IMG/VR virus record: IMGVR_UViG_3300044878_000188 | Location: 1-50,880 of that record | DNA: 50,880 nucleotides | From: a virus | Lineage: Duplodnaviria; Caudoviricetes | Direction: 5' to 3' (one strand) | In this document: one piece after another, positions 44,071-50,880 of the stretch | Layout of the letters: the number at the start of each line of letters is the position of its first letter | Position numbering within the stretch: position 1 is the stretch's first letter | Notes under the pieces: generated by a model | What the model saw: only the letters and a program-made list of their open reading frames with translations | Databases searched by the model: none | What the model was told of the DNA's origin: nothing | Position numbers and translations under genes: made by a program

Positions 44071-44581
44071 CGTCCGCAGAGAGCTCGCGTGATCGATGTT
44101 CGAGGCGCTCGGCAGTAGCCGCGCGGATTCGCCTCGTTTCTTCAAATAGTCGAGCTCGGATAAGGGCAGGGTCATCGATAATCGCCAGGTCGGCAGCACA
44201 CCGGCTTGGCAGCGCGTCGAGCTGCGTTGCGTACACTGCCGCGATGCTAGTGTTAAGGGTGACGAACGTCTCGTTCGGGATCAGCCGGCCGCGCACCTGG
44301 TCAATTTCGAGCTGCAGCTTTTCGCGACGGGCGCGCTTTAGCAGCCGATCCTCGGTTGACGCAGAACTGAGCCCCTCCTCGTCGTCGCCGTCGTCGCCCA
44401 TTTCCCGGCGAACTTCGCGCAGGATCAGCCACTCGATCGCGGCCTGACTGTCGATCTGGACGGCGACCCCTCGGCCCCCTCCCCCAGCGACTGGCAAACC
44501 TTCGTCGATCAACTTCGAGATCCAGCGCTCGGACTTGCCAAGGAGATCGGCAAGGTCTTTTTTGCTGATCGTCTTGCCCAT
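44009..44581 (-). CDS. terS: Terminase small subunit
   Basis: One residue different from 4299-4871. Confidence 0.85.
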   Translation of the reverse strand: MGKTISKKDLADLLGKSERWISKLIDEGLPVAGGGGRGVAVQIDSQAAIEWLILREVRREMGDDGDDEEGLSSASTEDRLLKRARREKLQLEIDQVRGRLIPNETFVTLNTSIAAVYATQLDALPSRCAADLAIIDDPALIRARLFEETRRIRAATAERLEHRSRELSADVDRLDSLRLEPGAGAAAEDS

Positions 44582-44585
44582 GGGA

Positions 44586-44657
44586 GAAAGGACCAAAAGA
44601 GAAAAAGTATAAAAGTACAAAGGTACAAAAGTCCTTTCTGACCTTTGTCCTTTGTGC
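44586..44657. repeat. 8-bp-period array upstream of terS
   Basis: Identical to 4876-4947. Confidence 0.75.
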
Positions 44658-44778
44658 TTTCGGAAAATTGGGTTGAGGCCCCGTCGCACCTGGCCGAGCG
44701 GTCAGGCTGGCGATGCAGGGCGGGGGGCCTCAAGTTCGGAAGTACGGACCCGACACGCGGGAAGTGACACGCGCGAAG

Positions 44779-44825
44779 CCCGCAAGTTAACCACCCGTGA
44801 AGGGGGAGGGTCGGGGGGAGGACCC
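44779..44825 (-). other. cos site (cosQ plus cosN-like)
   Basis: GGGTCCT-N17-TTCAC GGGTGGTTAACT TGCGG. Confidence 0.75.
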
Positions 44826-44878
44826 AAATACCCAAGGCGCACCATTTTGGTGCGAGATCGGGCAAAATGACCGAACCC

Positions 44879-45358
44879 CTACCCCACCGGGGCCGGGCCG
44901 GGGCCGGCCGGGATGGCCTGGCTCGCATTGATCGAGGCAACGCAGAAGCCAGTAGCGACATCACCAACGAACATACGATCTTCGCCCACGCCGTCGTGCT
45001 GGTAGATCTCAAGGCCTGCGATCAATCCAACCTTTGAGGCCTGATAAATGTTCTGCTTGAGTCGGTAGGCCTCGAGCTTCCACAGCTCATTGCGCGCCGC
45101 CGTCTTGGCCTTGGCGATCGCATTGTTTCGGCCCACCGATTCGCTGAATTCAGCCGCAATGGAGACGTTCGCGCTCACGGTAGCAACCTCGAAACCTGCA
45201 GGATTCAGCGCAGAGGCGAGAGTCGTTGTTGTGCCAGGAATCAAGTAAGTGTGAAAGCTCAACTGCTCGACCAGAGCGTCGATCTGGTCTGGTGTGATAC
45301 GGGGCGCGGTCAAGCCGAGGGCCGTGATTTGCTGCTCGAGCGATTGGTCGTTGCTCAT
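44879..45358 (-). CDS. Gp49-family protein (divergent allele)
   Basis: Orthologue of 5134-5604 with a diverged core. Confidence 0.75.
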   Translation of the reverse strand: MSNDQSLEQQITALGLTAPRITPDQIDALVEQLSFHTYLIPGTTTTLASALNPAGFEVATVSANVSIAAEFSESVGRNNAIAKAKTAARNELWKLEAYRLKQNIYQASKVGLIAGLEIYQHDGVGEDRMFVGDVATGFCVASINASQAIPAGPGPAPVG

Positions 45359-45387
45359 AGAAACCTTTCCAGTCGAATGTTTGAGAA

Positions 45388-45741
45388 TCAGGCGAACTGC
45401 TCTACGCGCGTATTGATAATTCCCAGATACAGAACCATTGCGTCGGCCTGCATCTTCAGCAGCTGCCGCTCGTCATCCGGCAAGCCTGCAAATACTGGCG
45501 TGGACAGGAACGCCTCCAGCTTTTTGATGCGATCTGCGAGCTGCTCGCACTCACCAATCACGCGCTGCTGATGCGGCGGCAGGTGGCCGACATGCCCCAT
45601 GGACACATAGGCAGCCTCGAAAACATCCTTCGGGCTCCAACTGATGTAGCCATCCGAGTACTTCACCGCATAGCCGGGGACGCCTTCCTTGTCCTGCGGC
45701 CATGCCAAGACCTGCTTGGTGCCGATGTAGTGTTGGGTCAT
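45388..45741 (-). CDS. Two-domain protein: YIGTK..SWSPK domain plus crAss001_48-like helical hairpin
   Basis: YIGTK.V.A.P..GY.V.Y.DGY.SWSPK.VFE.AY, then HQQRV..E..QL..RI.KL..F...LL..Q..AM..Y..I...R. Confidence 0.7.
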   Translation of the reverse strand: MTQHYIGTKQVLAWPQDKEGVPGYAVKYSDGYISWSPKDVFEAAYVSMGHVGHLPPHQQRVIGECEQLADRIKKLEAFLSTPVFAGLPDDERQLLKMQADAMVLYLGIINTRVEQFA

Positions 45742-46229
45742 TGCCTGTACTCCTGGTATTCGCGAACGATTGTCTGCAGCTTGCTCAGCTGCTCAGCGTT
45801 GGCATTGCAGTCGGTGTAGTTGGCGGCCGTGGTAGCGGCGACGGTAGAGAGCGCAATTCCCGAGGGGGCTTCATCAGCAGCGCCGGAGGGCTCAGGGGCT
45901 GGCAGAGATCTGGCGCTTGCGTCATGCACCCGCACAAAGCCAGCGTTAACAGTGCAAGCGGCGTCAGCCTGAGCAGAGACATAAACCGGAACCTCTTTAA
46001 TGATGGTTGCGCCGCGTTCCTTGATCACCTGGACGCGGTCGACGTATTCAGTGACGACGTTGTCGCGCACCGTGCCCAGCTCCTGGCCTTGCTCGAAGGC
46101 TTTGCGCAACTGGTCGCGCTCGACCTGTACCGCGTCGGTTCTTTCGTACCAGGAGCCAAATAGGCAGCCAAAGCAGAACAGCAAAGCGCCGACGATGATC
46201 GCCGCCAGCCAGACGTTTGAACGACTCAT
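45738..46229 (-). CDS. rz: i-spanin
   Basis: Orthologue of 5683-6201 with a different TM segment. Confidence 0.85.
   Translation of the reverse strand: MSRSNVWLAAIIVGALLFCFGCLFGSWYERTDAVQVERDQLRKAFEQGQELGTVRDNVVTEYVDRVQVIKERGATIIKEVPVYVSAQADAACTVNAGFVRVHDASARSLPAPEPSGAADEAPSGIALSTVAATTAANYTDCNANAEQLSKLQTIVREYQEYRQ
45785..45982 (-). CDS. rz1: o-spanin embedded in rz
   Basis: Lipobox LCGC, Pro-rich. Confidence 0.85.
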   Translation of the reverse strand: MSLLRLTPLALLTLALCGCMTQAPDLCQPLSPPALLMKPPRELRSLPSPLPRPPTTPTAMPTLSS

Positions 46230-46774
46230 AAACGCACCAGATATACCTGTCGCTGAAGTTCGCGGCGCCTTGGAATCCCGCCGCAGTTGTTTTTGGCCAC
46301 TCGACAATCCATACCGGCAACGAACATCCAGCGCCCGAACTGCTGCGCCGCCAGCTCATGCAAGCCGGCCTTGGCGTACTGCAGCAATGTCGACCGGGCA
46401 AGGGCGCGAAGGCCGAGGTTGTAGGCGAAGTCGGCCAAGGCGATCTTGGCGAACAGCGGGGCGGCGGGAACCTCCCGCATGACGAAATCGACAGCCTGGC
46501 CGAGATCGGCACGCAGATATGCCTCGCACTGCTCAGGCCTGGCCACGTTTCCGCGCCTGACGCCAAGCGTGTGACCGGTGCAGATCGTCCAGACCCCCCC
46601 GGTATCGGGATAAGCCTCGTAGACCGTCCCTTCCATTTCCGGCGTCATCACCAGCAGCGCCGCCATGATGGCAGCACGCTCGACCGGCGCCGGCAGGCCT
46701 GTCTCGCTTACCGTAAAGCCGGCAGCGGCGAGCGAGAGCGTCACAGCAGCGACGATGCGCTGCAGGAGGGTCAT
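46226..46774 (-). CDS. Endolysin, GH24
   Basis: EGTVYEAYPDTGGVWT catalytic triad. Confidence 0.9.
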   Translation of the reverse strand: MTLLQRIVAAVTLSLAAAGFTVSETGLPAPVERAAIMAALLVMTPEMEGTVYEAYPDTGGVWTICTGHTLGVRRGNVARPEQCEAYLRADLGQAVDFVMREVPAAPLFAKIALADFAYNLGLRALARSTLLQYAKAGLHELAAQQFGRWMFVAGMDCRVAKNNCGGIPRRRELQRQVYLVRL

Positions 46775-47025
46775 TCGCCAGCTCCGGAAGCATCGCGGGC
46801 GGCACGTTTGTCGCGCAGCATTCGCCACAGCGGCAAAATCCATTTCCCCACAACGAAATGCAGGATCAGGATCACCGAGTAAATGCCGGCGAGGATGTAC
46901 GCCAAATCAAACGGAGTCAGGCCGCCGATGGTGAACGCGGCGGCGAGTGGAGCAAGCTTTGCTACCTCTGCGCCGGCGGAGACGTTCGCGACCGCCACTG
47001 TCGAAACGACTTCTTTGCCCACCAT
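46771..47025 (-). CDS. Putative holin
   Basis: GGAGG SD, hydrophobic, basic tail, coupled to the endolysin. Confidence 0.65.
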   Translation of the reverse strand: MVGKEVVSTVAVANVSAGAEVAKLAPLAAAFTIGGLTPFDLAYILAGIYSVILILHFVVGKWILPLWRMLRDKRAARDASGAGE

Positions 47026-47083
47026 AGGGCCTCCAGAAACGAAAAACCCCGCTGGATGGCGGGGCTCGGGTGAAATGAGGGTG

Positions 47084-47419
47084 TTACGCCAGCAGGGCGA
47101 AGGCCTTGGCGAGAGGAATGCCAAGATCGTATTTCAGATGAAGAAGCACCGCGAAGCGGCTACGACTGGCCGGATCGAACTCAAGCTGCCGACGATACGC
47201 CTCAACCTCTGAGCGGAGCCGGTAGGCACGCGAAAAGCGATAAAGGAAACCGTGGATCCCTAACGTCCTCCAGAACTGACGGACATGGACGCGCTCATGC
47301 TCAAGCAATCCACGATCGCCCTTGAACTCAGGGCGAATGAAAATGAAGGGGCCTCGCGCAGCGCCCGCAAAGTCCTTGCCCACCAAAAGATTGGTGTAAA
47401 ACACAATAGAGAGAGACAT
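47084..47419 (-). CDS. Small HExxH zincin-like protein
   Basis: Orthologue of 7073-7408. Confidence 0.7.
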   Translation of the reverse strand: MSLSIVFYTNLLVGKDFAGAARGPFIFIRPEFKGDRGLLEHERVHVRQFWRTLGIHGFLYRFSRAYRLRSEVEAYRRQLEFDPASRSRFAVLLHLKYDLGIPLAKAFALLA

Positions 47420-47544
47420 AGACAGAAGTCCTGCAAATGCGGGAAGACAGGCGAGCGCCTGCGCAAAAAGAAGTGACCGCGCATAGTGCGCGGCCGGGGA
47501 CGGGCTTATTAATTGCCGCCCCAATCAGCGAACGCCAGAAACGC

Positions 47545-47623
47545 AAAAGCCCGCTCAAATGGCGGGCTTTGTCGTATGTATCGCAGAGTGGATAAAGTAC
47601 CCTGTTTCGCGTTACTTTTGCAA
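47545..47623 (-). promoter_or_regulatory. pR'/tR'-like late promoter and terminator
   Basis: Matches 7533-7611. Confidence 0.65.
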
Positions 47624-47625
47624 GA

Positions 47626-47698
47626 GGTCTTTTTACCTTTTGCGCTTTTTCACCTTTGTACCTTTGTACCTTTGTACCTTTGTACTTTTTACCTTTTG
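47626..47698. repeat. 8-bp tandem array TACCTTTG
   Basis: cacctttg followed by three perfect tacctttg (47659-82) and variants. Confidence 0.85.
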
Positions 47699-47711
47699 GC
47701 TATTGGGCCAA

Positions 47712-48029
47712 TCACCTTGCAGCACGAGCCCAGCCGGCCCGCGCGCCTTCGATCGTGGCGTAACCTTCGTCGACAAAGTCGCAGGCGGGGCAACGAGAGC
47801 CCCAACGAGCAGACCTGATAAAGAACCGAGCAACCCCTTTCCCCTTGCACGTATGCGTCGACAACTCAGGATCGTTGACCAGGTGCCAGCTGGCCAGCGC
47901 CCTTGCTTCACTCGGATGCACCTCTCCCCGGTTATTACAGGCAGCGCAGACCCACAAAAAGCAACCAGAGGTCAGTTGCTGGCGGCGCTCAGGAGCCGCA
48001 CCACAGTGCAAACAGGCAGAGGCGGTCAT
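47712..48029 (-). CDS. Double zinc-ribbon Lar-like protein
   Basis: Orthologue of 7869-8189. Confidence 0.6.
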   Translation of the reverse strand: MTASACLHCGAAPERRQQLTSGCFLWVCAACNNRGEVHPSEARALASWHLVNDPELSTHTCKGKGVARFFIRSARWGSRCPACDFVDEGYATIEGARAGWARAAR

Positions 48030-48031
48030 CG

Positions 48032-48400
48032 TCAGTAACTCGAGGAGTCGGAGCTGCTCGAGCTGCTGCTCGAATCGGAACTGCTCGAGCTTCCAGAGTC
48101 ATAGCTCGGGCTGCAGCTGTAGCCGGAACCGCTAGAGCTCGAGCGACCCCAGGAGTCATCCGAGGCGGCCGGTGCGCAATGGCCGCGGCCCTGTTCGGGG
48201 TCGTGACGGGGCGGAGCATAAGCCTCGGCCTGACTAACCATACTCAGCGGCGAAAGCGGGTTCAACGGATTGAGCGAGTGCAACGGGTCGTGCATAGGCG
48301 AACGAAGCGTGATCGACGCCGCGCGATCACGCAGCCTTTGTCGATCGGCCTCAGCAGCAGCTTCACGGGCAAGACGGCGACGCTTGAAGAATCCGAACAT
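48032..48400 (-). CDS. Ser-rich phage protein
   Basis: Orthologue of 8192-8605. Confidence 0.7.
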   Translation of the reverse strand: MFGFFKRRRLAREAAAEADRQRLRDRAASITLRSPMHDPLHSLNPLNPLSPLSMVSQAEAYAPPRHDPEQGRGHCAPAASDDSWGRSSSSGSGYSCSPSYDSGSSSSSDSSSSSSSSDSSSY

Positions 48401-48424
48401 GATGCTTCCTCTTTTTTTTGATTG

Positions 48425-49267
48425 TTAAAGCTTTTTCCAGAGCGCCTCGAGCGCCCCGGTGTCGAGTTCGGCCAGAACGCTTTGCATGGCATCCCAGCGG
48501 GCGCGCCAGTGCTGGCGGTAGTTCACGTCGCTGACGCCCAGGAGCAGCGCCAGGTGCGGGCCGTCGTAACGACTTTTCCCTGCGTTCTTCAAATGCTTGT
48601 GATGCTGCACAGCCAAATGGGCCAGGCCCTTGGCGCGCTGCAGAGTCTTACCCTGCATTTTCCCTAGCTGGTCAGTTGCTCGAGCCCACAGCGTCACCAC
48701 GCAGCCGGCCTCGTCGTCCCACTCCAGCGAATCGGCGTAGGCGTAACGAATCCAGCGGCTTTGCTCAGTGGCGAGCGTGGCAACAGTCCTCACCAGGTGC
48801 GCGTCTTCGAAAGCCGTAGGGCCGAGCGGGATCGCGCTTTTTTTCTTCTTTCGCGTCTCGCTGCAGGTCACTCGCGTGGTATCCCTGGCCAAGCTGGCCA
48901 CGTAGTCGAGGGGGAGCTTTGTTACTTCGTCAGCACCTTCGAGCGGGCACTCGGCCAAGTCGTTGGCGCGATGGCGCGGGAAAGCGTCGCGCAGGCGAGC
49001 CGTCTCGATTACACCGACGCCGTCAGGTTCGGCCGGGCGATCTGTTTCGCGGTAGTCAGTCGGTGCCAAGTAGGCGAACAGCAGCCACTCGCGCAGCCAT
49101 ACCAGATCCTGCGCGATCGGCGCAGAGCCTGATCGACCACGGCGAATCTGAACCGGTGCAGGTGGCATAGGGATAACGTCGAGCACGCGCAGAGCCCAGC
49201 TTTCTACGGACTCAACAGGTGGCGGCGTGTGGCGGATCTCAAGCGAAAAGTTCGGGCGTGTGGTCAT
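48425..49267 (-). CDS. Q: Antiterminator Q
   Basis: Orthologue of 9231-10073, same length. Confidence 0.75.
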   Translation of the reverse strand: MTTRPNFSLEIRHTPPPVESVESWALRVLDVIPMPPAPVQIRRGRSGSAPIAQDLVWLREWLLFAYLAPTDYRETDRPAEPDGVGVIETARLRDAFPRHRANDLAECPLEGADEVTKLPLDYVASLARDTTRVTCSETRKKKKSAIPLGPTAFEDAHLVRTVATLATEQSRWIRYAYADSLEWDDEAGCVVTLWARATDQLGKMQGKTLQRAKGLAHLAVQHHKHLKNAGKSRYDGPHLALLLGVSDVNYRQHWRARWDAMQSVLAELDTGALEALWKKL

Positions 49268-49269
49268 GC

Positions 49270-49485
49270 TCAACGTCTCCGCGCCAGGGTCACATACTCG
49301 ACACACATCGAGCAGCGAGTTGCACGCGGAAACATGGCCAGCCGGCCGGCGCTGATCGGGTAGCCACAGGCCAGACAAAAGCGCTGGACCATCAGGCCGG
49401 CGTGCAGCACCTCATCAGCCATTAAGGCCTGAGCGACTGCGTCGTCTTGGCGCAGCTCGAGGCCGCTGGAAACGTCAGCGAACAT
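49270..49485 (-). CDS. TraR/DksA C4 zinc-finger protein
   Basis: CLACG...RCSMC. Confidence 0.85.
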   Translation of the reverse strand: MFADVSSGLELRQDDAVAQALMADEVLHAGLMVQRFCLACGYPISAGRLAMFPRATRCSMCVEYVTLARRR

Positions 49486-49720
49486 TGGCCGCCCCCTTCT
49501 GGCTGAGCAGGCCAGCAACGGCATAGCCGGCGCTTTTCTGATTGAACGACTGCACAAAGTCAGCACAGGCGGCCGACTCGTTGAAAAGGAGGTTATGCAC
49601 CTGGCTTTGCGTCGCAGCCTTTACCACGACACGCGCCTCAGAGAGGCCACGGCGACGAGGCAGCTCGAGCACCAGGACAGACTGACCACCCGCGACACTG
49701 AACAACCGAACCGACTTCAT
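49475..49720 (-). CDS. Hypothetical early protein
   Basis: Orthologue of 10281-10526. Confidence 0.7.
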   Translation of the reverse strand: MKSVRLFSVAGGQSVLVLELPRRRGLSEARVVVKAATQSQVHNLLFNESAACADFVQSFNQKSAGYAVAGLLSQKGAANVR

Positions 49721-50181
49721 TCGTCGGCCCCTTTGCGTGACGGCGGCGTAATCAATTGCGCGAAAGCGTGACTGTCACGCTTTGCGAGATCCGCCCCGGC
49801 GATCGCCAGAGCAGCAAAAACAGGAGCAAACAGGGCTTGGAAAGCCTCAGGGTCTTTTTTGGCCAGGTCAGACGAGCCATGCGCCAACAGGGTCAACGCC
49901 TCGGCCGACTCCTCGAATCCGCCAGCCTTGCAGACGTCGATCATGGCCTGCACGGTGCCGCCGTAGAGGGTCATCGCAGGCAGGTGGAAAGCCTCGGCTT
50001 TCAACTTGGCCTGAGCCTCGCGCAGGCGCTTCTTTTGCTGACGTTCCCGGTTCTGCCGCTTGACCTTCTCGGCCTTTGTTTCACCAGGCGCGGCGCCGAA
50101 ACGCTCGGCCAGTACCTCTTTATCGGTCGGAATGACGTCAGACTGTGCGATCGAGCTGACCAGGCGCAGGGCGGCACTCAT
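49717..50181 (-). CDS. Hypothetical early protein
   Basis: Orthologue of 10523-10987. Confidence 0.7.
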   Translation of the reverse strand: MSAALRLVSSIAQSDVIPTDKEVLAERFGAAPGETKAEKVKRQNRERQQKKRLREAQAKLKAEAFHLPAMTLYGGTVQAMIDVCKAGGFEESAEALTLLAHGSSDLAKKDPEAFQALFAPVFAALAIAGADLAKRDSHAFAQLITPPSRKGADE

Positions 50182-50780
50182 AGCGTCTCGCCTTTCATAT
50201 GCGCCAGAAGCAGCATAGGGAGCGGTCGGCCGGTGCCCGTAGACAGGGCCATCATTTCGTTAAACATGGCCGAAATCGCCTCGGCGCCTTCGGTCAGCAT
50301 CTTGTCGACCTCTGCCGGATCGTCGCTGACGTCGTATTTGCCGTCGTGTGCTGGGGCGCTTGCAGCCAGGAAATCACCGATAGACTTCGTAACCTCGCCC
50401 AGGTTGGACAAGGCCGAGGACGGGCCTACCAGGCCGACTAACTGAGGGATACGAACGTCGAAGCAGCCAGCCATTGCCAGAAGCTCGTGACGGGCGGCCT
50501 GCTGATACTCAGGCGGGAGGCAGGACAACCAAACCCATTTCCATTCGAGAGGGAAAGGCTGCGTTTCGTGAAAGACGCGCCCGACGCGAGTCGCCCAGGT
50601 CTTGCGGGTACGTTGATACGTCTCAACGTCCTCCGGGATCTCTAGGGGCTCAATAAGCCGAGCAGCGGCCAGAGCAGGCGCCAGACGATCGCTGGCGAAA
50701 CGTTCGATCGACCAATCCGAATGGGCAAACCATCGGCTAGTCTGTTCGACAACTACATCTCTTTCCGTCCGCGTAGTCAT
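50178..50780 (-). CDS. CII/YdaT-like early regulator (tentative)
   Basis: Orthologue of 10984-11583. Confidence 0.5.
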   Translation of the reverse strand: MTTRTERDVVVEQTSRWFAHSDWSIERFASDRLAPALAAARLIEPLEIPEDVETYQRTRKTWATRVGRVFHETQPFPLEWKWVWLSCLPPEYQQAARHELLAMAGCFDVRIPQLVGLVGPSSALSNLGEVTKSIGDFLAASAPAHDGKYDVSDDPAEVDKMLTEGAEAISAMFNEMMALSTGTGRPLPMLLLAHMKGETL

Positions 50781-50807
50781 AGCACCTTTCCCTGTTTTAT
50801 AGGTCGC

Positions 50808-50871
50808 ATGTAGCCATGACTACATTCTCTATATTTAGAGCAAAAATGCAAATAAATTTCTTTATACCGAG
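50808..50871. promoter_or_regulatory. OR-like operator region of the second copy
   Basis: ATGTAG-N6-CTACAT (50808-25), CTCTATATTTAGAG (50827-40), TTCTTTATACCGAG (50858-71). Confidence 0.6.
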
Positions 50872-50880
50872 TGGTGCCGC

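Larger units (their letters stand above)
5087..44796 (-). mobile_element. Complete protelomerase-encoding linear-plasmid (telomere) phage genome, cos-to-cos 39,710 bp
   Basis: Contains protelomerase, telRL palindrome, N15-type RepA, ParA, CI, Q, lysis, lambda-type head and P2-type tail genes; bounded by two cosQ/cosN-like sites 39,710 bp apart. Confidence 0.9.
44797..50880 (-). mobile_element. Partial related phage copy (lysis, Q and early region, up to the immunity intergenic region)
   Basis: Colinear with 5087-11680 but more divergent, with gene indels and a different holin. Confidence 0.85.

Noticed and set aside
1-50880. Abundant CTCGAG/GTCGAC hexamers as a signal
   Set aside because: Most simply explained by Leu-Glu and Val-Asp codon pairs; not quantified
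1-50880. tRNA/rRNA genes
   Set aside because: No cloverleaf or rRNA-like segment recognised by eye

Overview
This window is almost entirely DNA from an N15/VP882/phiHAP-1-type 'telomere' (linear-plasmid) temperate phage with a lambda-like head and a P2-like contractile tail. GC-rich composition and terminator style suggest a Pseudomonas-like gammaproteobacterial host, but that is an inference. One complete cos-to-cos genome of 39,710 bp (5087-44796) carries terminase, portal, a fused protease-capsid, baseplate/tail genes, an esterase tailspike, an accessory operon, parA plus a partner, a 64-bp telRL palindrome, protelomerase, a primase-helicase RepA, a CI-like repressor, Q and a holin/endolysin/spanin cassette. 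It is flanked head-to-tail by parts of a related but non-identical genome: head genes on the left, lysis/early genes on the right. No host genes, integrase or att site were seen. The main leads are: (1) a repressor lacking its autocleavage Ser and Ala-Gly site, paired with a LexA box before an orphan small ORF between repA and telN (candidate SOS antirepressor); (2) a non-coding tract next to the telomere with six AGGA(C/A/T)G motifs resembling a CsrB/RsmY-type sponge sRNA; (3) 8-bp-period arrays at parA, repA, the late promoter and terS (candidate dispersed centromere/regulon); (4) a variable anti-defence slot beside cos; (5) a candidate antisense RNA over the RBS of an accessory operon that includes a secreted DxDxDG-repeat protein; (6) the heterologous tandem itself, which may be an assembly chimera. 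All calls come from reading the sequence and recalling family motifs; no searches were run.
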